From an uncultured Deferribacterales bacterium (GTDB lineage Bacteria > Chrysiogenota > Deferribacteres > Deferribacterales > Calditerrivibrionaceae), in the NCBI GenBank assembly GCA_964519265.1, contig CAZFHX010000009.1, forward strand, positions 11,450-75,449: a stretch of DNA of 64,000 nucleotides, written 5' to 3'. Position 1 is the stretch's first letter, and each line of letters opens with the position of its first letter. A program made the position numbers and the translations under genes. The notes below the pieces were generated by a model. It ran no database searches. It had not been told where the DNA came from and was given only the letters and a program-made list of their open reading frames with translations. This document shows positions 26,292 through 33,802 of this stretch, piece after piece.

Positions 26292-27004
26292 ATATTTCCT
26301 CCGCTGTTGTCATCTATAATATCTTTTAATTCTACAAACTCTGTACCCTCTCCAACCTGCTCGTCGTAGAGATCCTTCTCATACATCAGACAACACATGA
26401 GTCTTCCACAAATACCAGAAATTTTTGATGGATTTAGCAGGAGGTTCTGATCCTTTGCCATTTTAATTGATATGTTGTCAAAATGCCTCAGAAAAGTGGC
26501 ACAACACAGATCTCTACCACATATCCCAAATCCGCCAAGTATCTTAGTGGCGTCCCTTATCCCCACCTGCCTCATCTCTATACGGGTTTTGAATATTCTT
26601 GCCAAATCTTTCACCAGCTGTCTAAAATCTATCCTTCCATCCGCAGTAAAATAGAATGTTAGTTTCTTGCGATCCAAGGTATATTCTGCTCTTAGGAGCT
26701 TCATAGGTAATCCATGCTCTTTTATGAGCCTCTTACATTCTTTGAAAGCCTCTGGTTCATCTTTTCTATTCTCTGCTGCTAATCTTATATCCTCAGGGGT
26801 TGCTTTTCGAAGTATACTTTTCATCACCTGCTCATCGGGTACCTCGATCTCCCGATCAGGATATACGACAACAGCTATATCTTCCCCTTTCTCAGTTTCT
26901 ACTATGGCAAAATCACCCGTTTTTAGCTCTACACCATTTGTCAAAAAATCGTATATCTTTCCAGCTTTCTTGAAAGCAACACCGGTAGCTCTATATCTTT
27001 TCAC
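26288..27004 (-). CDS. ricT: PSP1-domain protein (RicT/YaaT family)
   Basis: 238 aa. PSP1 C-terminal domain with Cys cluster GICGRDLCCATFL...CGRLMCCLMYE. The tmk-holB-ricT-metG-tatD synteny matches Firmicutes. Confidence 0.85.
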   Translation of the reverse strand: MKRYRATGVAFKKAGKIYDFLTNGVELKTGDFAIVETEKGEDIAVVVYPDREIEVPDEQVMKSILRKATPEDIRLAAENRKDEPEAFKECKRLIKEHGLPMKLLRAEYTLDRKKLTFYFTADGRIDFRQLVKDLARIFKTRIEMRQVGIRDATKILGGFGICGRDLCCATFLRHFDNISIKMAKDQNLLLNPSKISGICGRLMCCLMYEKDLYDEQVGEGTEFVELKDIIDDNSGGNI

Positions 27005-27902
27005 TCAATACTCCATCGATTTTAGTTAAAATATTGGCTTTTAGTATACGCAGGTTTACATTATAGTCAAGCATTCTGTAAGTATCCAAGAGCATATCAA
27101 AAAGCACTAAATACTTATATTCCTTCTGCTTACGGTAGATCTCTATTATCCTGCCTAAAAGGAATATTATATAGTATCTTAAATCATCCTTTTCAGCCAT
27201 TTTAAAGATATTCAAGGCATGTTTTAAAATATCATTCCACTCGAAATCCTCTTCGATCCAACCCAATTTACCACCAGAGTGATCTTGAAAAAGGTATTTT
27301 ATATGTTTCATTGCCAGAAGAGCAGAACCACCCGATATATCCAAAATATCATCGACTACGCTTTCATCAAACCCTTGCTGAGTAAGGATCCTTCTTAAAT
27401 CCTCATCCCCAAGTCTTGAAAATCTCAGATGAATGCACCTTGATCTGATAGTAGGAATAATTTTATCCAATTGACTTGTAATTAGAAAAAAAACCGTATT
27501 CTCACCAGGTTCTTCCAATGTTTTCAAAAAAGCATTACACGCCTCTTTTCTCAAAACATGAAAATTATCGAGAATATAAAACTTATAACCACCCATAAAT
27601 GAAGAAAGATAACTATTTTCCGAGATTTCACGAATCTGATCTATCCCATAATCGTTATCATCTTCATTGGTAAAGATAGTCAAATCGGGGTGACAATCGC
27701 CCAATATCAATTTACAGGACTCGCATCTACAATCCTCATTAAAGAAAGACCCTTTTTTACACAACGCCACTCTGGCAATCTCTTTGGCAAATAGCTTTTT
27801 ACCGATACCCTCATTTCCGTAAAAGAGGTATCCATTGGCAAACCTATGATTCCTTATGATACTATCAAAATATTTTATATACTTATCAAACCCATACAGC
27901 AT
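26991..27902 (-). CDS. holB: DNA polymerase III delta' subunit
   Basis: 303 aa. AAA+-like GNEGIGKKLFA, zinc module CKKGSFFNEDCRCESC, sensor motif TIRSRC. Confidence 0.85.
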   Translation of the reverse strand: MLYGFDKYIKYFDSIIRNHRFANGYLFYGNEGIGKKLFAKEIARVALCKKGSFFNEDCRCESCKLILGDCHPDLTIFTNEDDNDYGIDQIREISENSYLSSFMGGYKFYILDNFHVLRKEACNAFLKTLEEPGENTVFFLITSQLDKIIPTIRSRCIHLRFSRLGDEDLRRILTQQGFDESVVDDILDISGGSALLAMKHIKYLFQDHSGGKLGWIEEDFEWNDILKHALNIFKMAEKDDLRYYIIFLLGRIIEIYRKQKEYKYLVLFDMLLDTYRMLDYNVNLRILKANILTKIDGVLSEKI

Positions 27903-28530
27903 CTAAAAACCCATTCACATAACTTTTGATCTCGTCAAATAATTCATCAATAGCACGATTCCCATCTACAATTACGACATTTTCAAAATTATCCCTATAC
28001 CATAAAAACCCTTCCCTGACCCTGTTGTAGAATTCGAGATTCAACGATTCAAACTTCCCCTCTGCCGACATCAGGTTCTCTTTTTTTAACCTCTCCTTTG
28101 CTCTACTCAGGGCAATTTCAGGTTCCACATCGATAATGATCGTTAGCGATGGGTATACAAAAACGGATATATCTTTAAGAAAATCGAGGATCTTTAGATC
28201 AAGTCCACGCCCAAAAATCTGATAAGCATAGGTTGAAGATATAAACCTATCGGAAATCACGGCATAATTCATTTCAAGATGAGGCAAAATCACCTTTTTC
28301 TGATGCTCCAATCTATCCGCAGAATATAGTAGCAGTTCAGTTTCTGGTTCTAAATGGTAATCCTTGGATATGAGTATCTTTCTAAGTATTGCTCCGAGTT
28401 CTGTTCCACCTGGTTCTTTGGTTAGGCGAAATGGGACATTCAATCCAGTCAAGTAATCTGCCAATTTATTTATCTGCGTCGTTTTACCACAACCATCTAT
28501 ACCATCTATCGCTATGAAGAAACCTCTCAT
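27886..28530 (-). CDS. tmk: thymidylate kinase
   Basis: 214 aa. P-loop GIDGCGKTT, the TKEPGGT motif, and a DRF motif in the LID region. Confidence 0.92.
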   Translation of the reverse strand: MRGFFIAIDGIDGCGKTTQINKLADYLTGLNVPFRLTKEPGGTELGAILRKILISKDYHLEPETELLLYSADRLEHQKKVILPHLEMNYAVISDRFISSTYAYQIFGRGLDLKILDFLKDISVFVYPSLTIIIDVEPEIALSRAKERLKKENLMSAEGKFESLNLEFYNRVREGFLWYRDNFENVVIVDGNRAIDELFDEIKSYVNGFLDAVWV

Positions 28531-28543
28531 CTTGAGCCTTTAA

Positions 28544-29473
28544 TCAGTTTGTAGCACAGTCTGCGGTGCTTCCTTGGATCTTTTCAATAGTATGTTCTAT
28601 TGCACTGGATATTACTGCTAAATTTTCCATGGCACCTTTGGGGCTACCCGGTAGATTGATGATCAAACTCTCTCTTCTAATCCCTACAACAGCTCTCGAA
28701 ATCAACGCCCTCGGTGTCTTTTTAAAGCTTTCCATACGCATCGCCTCTTCAAACCCTGGTAATCTCTTTTCTATAACCTTAAGAGTGACATCGGGAGCAA
28801 TATCCCTCGGAGATACCCCTGTTGAGCCATTTGTAATTATGAGATCAAATCTCTGTAGATCACAGAAATCTACCAACATATTCTCAAGTATGTTTTTCTC
28901 ATCAGGAATCATCTCTTTACGAATAAAACTTACCTTAAAATTATTTTCAAAATATTTTTTCAATTCTTCACCGGTGATATCCACCCTCTCACCTTTGCTA
29001 CCTTTGTCGCTAAGAGTGATGATCGCCACAGATACTCCATCTTTCTTTTTGACATCTATGGGGTCCCCCACTTTGATCTCACCACTACCCCTCACCACCG
29101 CAAAAATCCCTTCTTTAGGCATGATGCAATCACCAGCCTGATAGAAGATAGCACATCTATGATGACATACCTTACCTATCTGTGATACTACAAAGTCTAT
29201 CCCATTGATGCTCAATATATCACCAACTTTAAATTTACAAAGATCCAGCCCTTCAGTGGTAATATTCTCAGCAAAATCGCCACTTTTCACATTTAACCCT
29301 AACTTTACCATCTTTTCTATACTTTCTTTGGCAAGAAAACTAACCTGCCTGTGCATATACCCTGCATGAGCATCACCCTCTATACCAAAATTGTCCAGAA
29401 GGATGGCACTGTTCACATTGCTCTTTCTCATACCTTTTTTTTCGCTTGTCGAAATAGAAAATACTCTGCCCAA
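28544..29473 (-). CDS. MOSC domain fused to MoaB/MogA-type molybdopterin-binding domain
   Basis: MOSC part (GIEGDAHAG...RQVSFL...GDFAENITTEG) and MoaB/Mog part (AIITLSDKGSKGER.D.TG...TNGSTGVSPRD). I prefer the TTG 29473 start (GGAGGT SD 4 nt upstream). The track's start at 29533 is actually a -35 box. Confidence 0.8.
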   Translation of the reverse strand: MGRVFSISTSEKKGMRKSNVNSAILLDNFGIEGDAHAGYMHRQVSFLAKESIEKMVKLGLNVKSGDFAENITTEGLDLCKFKVGDILSINGIDFVVSQIGKVCHHRCAIFYQAGDCIMPKEGIFAVVRGSGEIKVGDPIDVKKKDGVSVAIITLSDKGSKGERVDITGEELKKYFENNFKVSFIRKEMIPDEKNILENMLVDFCDLQRFDLIITNGSTGVSPRDIAPDVTLKVIEKRLPGFEEAMRMESFKKTPRALISRAVVGIRRESLIINLPGSPKGAMENLAVISSAIEHTIEKIQGSTADCATN

Positions 29474-29504
29474 ATGTACCTCCAAAACGATTAGAAACTT
29501 AAGA

Positions 29505-29533
29505 ATTTTAGTAAAAATATACGACAATGTCAA
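29505..29533 (-). promoter_or_regulatory. sigma-70 promoter for MOSC-MoaB/tmk/holB...
   Basis: The minus strand reads TTGACA (29533-29528), a 17-nt spacer, then TAAAAT (29510-29505). Confidence 0.55.
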
Positions 29534-29580
29534 TCTATAAGAGATGTACCTTGCTAATTATAACAAAGAATCAAGATGAA

Positions 29581-29603
29581 AATAAAAAACCCCCTTTCGG
29601 GGG
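29581..29603 (-). terminator. rho-independent terminator of the sdhCDAB operon
   Basis: Stem CCCCC/GGGGG with a 4-nt loop (29590-29603). T-runs flank it on both strands, and it starts 7 nt after the sdhB stop. Confidence 0.8.
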
Positions 29604-29609
29604 CTTTTA

Positions 29610-30329
29610 TTAATACCCTCTCTCGAGGAGCATTCTTCTGATACCAACGATAGCTTTGGTTGGATTAAGCTGCTTTGGACATGCCTCTACGCAGTTGTAG
29701 ATAGTGTGGCATCTCCATACCCCATGCTTATCATTGAGTATTGGGAGTCTATCTTCTGCACCTTCATCCCTTGAATCGATGAGATATCTATAAGCTCTAA
29801 GGAAAGCGTTTGGTCCCAAATATTTTTCATCAGCCCAATAGGATGGACAGGATGAAGAGCAGCATCCGCAGAGGATACACTCATAAAGACCATCGAGAAG
29901 CTTTCTATCCTCTGGTGATTGATAGAATTCTTTGTCTGGTGCAGGGCTTTTTCTGATGAGGTATGGCTTAACTGTGATGAACTTCTGGAAGAAATCATCC
30001 ACATCTGTAACAAGATCTCTAATCACCCTCATACCAGGTAAAGGCTGGATTACTATATGATCTGTACCCAAATCTTCGATCTTTGTCATGCATGAAAGCA
30101 TGTTTACACCATTTACATTCAAACCATCAGAACCACACACACCTTCACGGCATGATCTCCTAAAACTCAATGTAGGATCAAGCTCCCACTTAACCTGATT
30201 GAGACCTTCAAGAAGAAGCATTCCCGATCTTCTGATCTCAACCTTGTATGTCTGATAGTACGGTTCTTTGTCCTTTTCTGGATCGTATCTAAATATCTCA
30301 AAAGTAACGAATTTATTTGTACTCATCAT
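29610..30329 (-). CDS. sdhB: succinate dehydrogenase/fumarate reductase iron-sulfur subunit
   Basis: 239 aa with three Cys clusters: CREGVCGSDG, CILCGCCSSSC and CHTIYNCVEACP. Confidence 0.92.
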   Translation of the reverse strand: MMSTNKFVTFEIFRYDPEKDKEPYYQTYKVEIRRSGMLLLEGLNQVKWELDPTLSFRRSCREGVCGSDGLNVNGVNMLSCMTKIEDLGTDHIVIQPLPGMRVIRDLVTDVDDFFQKFITVKPYLIRKSPAPDKEFYQSPEDRKLLDGLYECILCGCCSSSCPSYWADEKYLGPNAFLRAYRYLIDSRDEGAEDRLPILNDKHGVWRCHTIYNCVEACPKQLNPTKAIVGIRRMLLERGY

Positions 30330-30340
30330 ATTCCTCCCTA

Positions 30341-32110
30341 TTAATATACTCTTGGTTTAAGTGGGAATGGTTCAACAGTGAGAGGTTTCATACGAACAGG
30401 TCTATAGTCGATTTTGATATTACCATCACCATCAAGAGTAACTTCTGTGTGCTTATGGAAGTTTACATCATCTCTCTCTGGATAGTCCTCTCTTGCATGT
30501 CCACCTCTGGACTCTTTTCTCATAAGAGCCGCCTCTGTAAGAGCCTGAGAAACGAGAACCATATTGTTAAGCTCAAGAGCTTCAATCAGTTCTAAGTTGT
30601 AAACTGTAGATTTATCGTTAACTCTATAGTCTTCAAGCTGCTGCTTTAATTCAGCCAAAATACCTTTAGCAGTTGTCATTGTCTCTTCTGTTCTAAACAC
30701 ACCAACATACTTCTCCATAGTTTCTGTCAGTGTTTTGTACATAGGTCCAAAGGTATTCTTGCCATTCGAGTTGAGGAACTTCTGAAGTAGTTCGATACCT
30801 TCCTTTCCTGCATTATCAGCCAATGGTACAAAGTTGTTCTCTTTTGCATATTTAGCAGACTGCTCACCAGCCGTTCTACCAAACACAACAAGGTCGAGAA
30901 GTGAGTTTGTACCCAATCTGTTGGCACCATGAACAGATGCAGAAGCGATCTCACCAGCAGCGAAGAAACCTGGTACAGTCTCCTCTGGGTTAGGTCCAAC
31001 ACCTCTGATAACCTGAGTGAGGTAGTTAGTTGGGATACCACCATTTTGATAATGTGCTGTAGGCATAACAGGGATAGGCTCCTTTGTACAATCCACACCA
31101 GCAAATACGAGAGCCAATTCGTGGATACCTGGAAGCTTCTCATGGATAGCTTCAGCACCTATATGATCTATCTTTAAAAGAACATGGTCTTTGTTTGGTC
31201 CTACACCTCTACCAGCAAGAACCTCTTTTACCATAGATCTTGAAACGATATCCCTTGGTGCGAGGTCTTTAATAGTTGGGGCGTATCTCTCCATGAATCT
31301 CTCACCCTGAGCATTGAGAAGGATACCACCCTCACCTCTAACACCCTCAGTAATAAGGTTACCAGCTAAATAGATACCTGTTGGGTGGAACTGAATAAAT
31401 TCAGCATCAGACCAAGAAAAACCTTTTCTTAAAGCAAGAGCCAAACCATCACCAGTATTTATATGAGCATTTGAGTTAGTTTTAAAAATTCTGCAGCATC
31501 CACCAGTGGCAAATACAACTGCCTTGGCATGGAAGATATGGAATCCACCATTTTTGATGTCCCAGCAGAGAACACCATTTACTGCACCTTCGTTTGTGAG
31601 AAGCTCGAGAGCGTAAAACTCACTGAAGAACTGTGTTTTCTGAGCAACAGCCTTTTCAAAAAGCGTCTGAAGCATAACATGACCTGTTCTGTCTGCGGCA
31701 TAACATGCTCTTTTAACAGGTCTTTTACCAAACTCAGCAGTATGACCACCAAATGGTCTCTGAGCAATCTTACCCTCTTTTGTTCTACTAAAAGGAACAC
31801 CGATATGCTCAAGCTCGATAATGTACTGAGGAGCCAATTTTGTCATATACTCGCAGGCATCTTGGTCAGCCAAATAGTCGCTACCTTTTACAGTATCATA
31901 CATATGCCAGATCCAGTGATCCTCTTCCAAGTTACCCAGTGCAGCAGAAATACCACCCTGGGCAGAAATTGTGTGGCTTCTTGTGGGGTACACTTCTGAG
32001 ATCACGGCAGTGCTAACATACTGAGATGCCACCTGAGCTGCATTAAGCCCTGCACCACCAGCACCTAAAACAACCACATCATATTTATGATATTCAACTT
32101 TTACAGACAT
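30341..32110 (-). CDS. sdhA: succinate dehydrogenase/fumarate reductase flavoprotein subunit
   Basis: 589 aa. FAD motif VVLGAGGAGL, covalent-FAD His region SHTISAQGG, plus HPTG and RGEGG. Confidence 0.95.
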   Translation of the reverse strand: MSVKVEYHKYDVVVLGAGGAGLNAAQVASQYVSTAVISEVYPTRSHTISAQGGISAALGNLEEDHWIWHMYDTVKGSDYLADQDACEYMTKLAPQYIIELEHIGVPFSRTKEGKIAQRPFGGHTAEFGKRPVKRACYAADRTGHVMLQTLFEKAVAQKTQFFSEFYALELLTNEGAVNGVLCWDIKNGGFHIFHAKAVVFATGGCCRIFKTNSNAHINTGDGLALALRKGFSWSDAEFIQFHPTGIYLAGNLITEGVRGEGGILLNAQGERFMERYAPTIKDLAPRDIVSRSMVKEVLAGRGVGPNKDHVLLKIDHIGAEAIHEKLPGIHELALVFAGVDCTKEPIPVMPTAHYQNGGIPTNYLTQVIRGVGPNPEETVPGFFAAGEIASASVHGANRLGTNSLLDLVVFGRTAGEQSAKYAKENNFVPLADNAGKEGIELLQKFLNSNGKNTFGPMYKTLTETMEKYVGVFRTEETMTTAKGILAELKQQLEDYRVNDKSTVYNLELIEALELNNMVLVSQALTEAALMRKESRGGHAREDYPERDDVNFHKHTEVTLDGDGNIKIDYRPVRMKPLTVEPFPLKPRVY

Positions 32111-32131
32111 ATTCTCTACCTCTCCTTATTT

Positions 32132-32452
32132 TTATAAACCTGATACTACCTTAAGAGCCAAAACTGCTGCGGTCACCCCAACAATCCAATAGATTGCAAG
32201 GATGATAGCCCTCCAGGTAGTGGATGATACATAATCATCGGTGATCATTTTAAAACCGTTCATTGTATGGAAGATACCAAAGGCAAAAAGTGGTCCTAAA
32301 ACTATACTCTTAAGTCCCCAAGCACCAGATTTTATCATTGAAAAGAAATGCACTGCTATTACCACTATGAGAATAACACCGGAAATCCTTTGAAGCAACC
32401 ACTCAAGCAATCCTGAGTCGCTGTGACCGTTATATTTATACCCTTTCATCAT
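32132..32452 (-). CDS. sdhD: succinate dehydrogenase/fumarate reductase small membrane anchor subunit
   Basis: 106 aa with three TM helices and conserved His residues. Position in the operon supports the call. Confidence 0.75.
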   Translation of the reverse strand: MMKGYKYNGHSDSGLLEWLLQRISGVILIVVIAVHFFSMIKSGAWGLKSIVLGPLFAFGIFHTMNGFKMITDDYVSSTTWRAIILAIYWIVGVTAAVLALKVVSGL

Positions 32453-32465
32453 ATTCTAACCTCCC

Positions 32466-32819
32466 TTAAGAAAATAGCGGTATCGCACCGATGATCGTAA
32501 CCACTATTGTAAGAAGGATTACAACCATAAACTGCTTTGAAAACACTTCCCTCTCGGCACCATTAGAAAAGTCGATCAAAACTATCCTAAAACCATTAAA
32601 CGCATGATAAGCAAACGCTACCAACACAATGATTCTCGCGATAGCATTGCCTGTCAATGCACCAAACCAATCTGCATAACCAGCTTTTCCAAAAATGTGA
32701 AGAATTAGATATAAACCCAAAATTACCCCAGTAATACGATGAAGAAGCCATGCCGTCATTCCGGTATGCTTCTTGTAGGAAACCTTTTTGGGATAGGTCA
32801 CCAAATCTTTTCTTGGCAT
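32466..32819 (-). CDS. sdhC: succinate dehydrogenase/fumarate reductase cytochrome b subunit
   Basis: Three TM helices, with WLLHRITG typical of SdhC. I prefer the ATG 32819 start (AAGGGGTG SD). The track start at 32882 lies in the promoter region. Confidence 0.8.
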   Translation of the reverse strand: MPRKDLVTYPKKVSYKKHTGMTAWLLHRITGVILGLYLILHIFGKAGYADWFGALTGNAIARIIVLVAFAYHAFNGFRIVLIDFSNGAEREVFSKQFMVVILLTIVVTIIGAIPLFS

Positions 32820-32895
32820 TTTGCACCCCTTATATTTTATTTTACAAACAGCGTTAAATATTTTCAGGCTAACTTTTACCAAAAAAAATCGATGT

Positions 32896-32927
32896 TGTCA
32901 ATAATTCTGTATACAATATACAAATTA
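32896..32927 (-). promoter_or_regulatory. sdhCDAB promoter region: 20-nt palindromic box plus TTGACA -35
   Basis: Minus strand: TAATTTGTATATTGTATACA (32927-32908), 6 nt, TTGACA (32901-32896), 17 nt, TAAAAG. The 20-mer is identical to the one upstream of gltA (39561-39580). Confidence 0.55.
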
Positions 32928-33039
32928 ATCATCATCTATGCTGGATTTGATAGAATTAATCTTTCTACGATATTGAAAAAATAAATTCCATCTTGAATTA
33001 TTAAAAATAATAACAATGTTTTACAGAAAGGAGGATTAA

Positions 33040-33432
33040 TTAATCAATGAGTTGTAAAACCCTCTTCAATTTGAGATTAGCCTGAGCCATCAAAGCTGAT
33101 GAGCTATTCATCTTAATCTGAGCAGAAACAAGCTCCGCAATCTGCTCAATATTTTGTTGGGTTTGCTCCAGCATCTTTTTTCTCTGCTCACTCTCCTGTA
33201 AGCTTACGATGGCATACTCCAAAGATCTCAAACGAGCATTCAAACTATTTACCATGTAGTTCACATCACTTACAGAATTAGATACAATAGAAGATTTATA
33301 ACTACTCGACACTTGAACATTGGAGGATGCTTGAGGAGTCTTATCATCCTGCCTATCTATCTCTTGGGATTTTTTGACTTTAGAGTTTAGTATATATTCA
33401 GATACAGGGTTTATATTATCTATCTTTGTCAT
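33040..33432 (-). CDS. 130-aa protein whose C-terminus resembles the flagellin C-terminal D0/D1 helix (no flagellin N-terminus)
   Basis: The C-terminus ...NIEQIAELVSAQIKMNSSSALMAQANLKLKRVLQLID follows the flagellin tail pattern (..ILAQ....AMAQAN....VL.LL.). The N-terminal half is S/N/Q-rich and looks disordered. A sigma-28-like promoter precedes the gene. Confidence 0.6.
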   Translation of the reverse strand: MTKIDNINPVSEYILNSKVKKSQEIDRQDDKTPQASSNVQVSSSYKSSIVSNSVSDVNYMVNSLNARLRSLEYAIVSLQESEQRKKMLEQTQQNIEQIAELVSAQIKMNSSSALMAQANLKLKRVLQLID

Positions 33433-33485
33433 GACGCACCTTCACGGCACATCCATGTAGTATTTCAGCTTCCCTGCGTTATTAT

Positions 33486-33513
33486 AAATCGACCAAAAAA
33501 AACAAAAACTTTA
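33486..33513 (-). promoter_or_regulatory. sigma-28 (FliA)-type promoter
   Basis: Minus strand: TAAAGTTT (33513-33506), 12 nt, GTCGATTT (33493-33486). The consensus is TAAAGTTT-N11-GCCGATAA. The CGAT core is conserved and the spacer is 1 nt longer. Confidence 0.55.
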
Positions 33514-33520
33514 GGATTTT

Positions 33521-33763
33521 TTAAAAGATTACTTTCGATACTATCTCTTCTAAGCTATCCCTGCCATTTATCTTTATTATCTTCTTTCCATCAATTACAG
33601 CAACAGGAGGATTTAAAATACCGTACTTCTCTGGGATTACATGCTCATTTGTGTCAAATAGTGATACCGAAACATTCTTCCCAAATTTATATTTGATGCT
33701 CTCCATCAACTCAGGTGTTTCTTTGTCTATATTCCCATTGTAATAAACCTCTAACTTCACCAT
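33521..33763 (-). CDS. thioredoxin_3-like small protein lacking the CxxC active site
   Basis: 80 aa from ATG 33763 (GGAGGT SD). Its pattern is that of small glutaredoxin-like proteins (..YGILNPPVAVIDGKKIIKINGR.SLEEI), but there is no redox Cys pair. Confidence 0.55.
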   Translation of the reverse strand: MVKLEVYYNGNIDKETPELMESIKYKFGKNVSVSLFDTNEHVIPEKYGILNPPVAVIDGKKIIKINGRDSLEEIVSKVIF

Positions 33764-33802
33764 ACACACCTCCTACTCTAATTATATCACAGAATAAATT
33801 TT

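Noticed and set aside
28566-29141. 191-aa antisense ORF opposite MOSC-MoaB, with similar long antisense ORFs at 3975-4433, 31529-31999 and 38157-38609
   Set aside because: Each lies opposite a well-supported conserved gene. The products are S/L/I-rich with no recognisable motifs. This is typical of mirror-frame ORFs in AT-rich genomes.
29687-32826. Same-strand alternative-frame ORFs inside sdhB, sdhA and sdhC (108, 143, 77 and 76 aa), plus a similar one in gltA (38630-38815), as possible overlapping genes
   Set aside because: These genes are visibly GC-richer and more codon-biased than their surroundings, as expected for highly expressed genes. That depletes stop codons in other frames. The products are low-complexity (L/S/V/Q-rich) with no start context. 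I treat this as a compositional artefact, not overprinting.
33027-33085. Plus-strand AAAGGAGGA followed by a 12-codon mini-ORF (ATG 33047), as a possible leader peptide or small gene
   Set aside because: The SD-to-ATG spacing is 12 nt, which is too long. The ORF is antisense to the 3' end of the 130-aa gene. No downstream plus-strand gene could be regulated by it.
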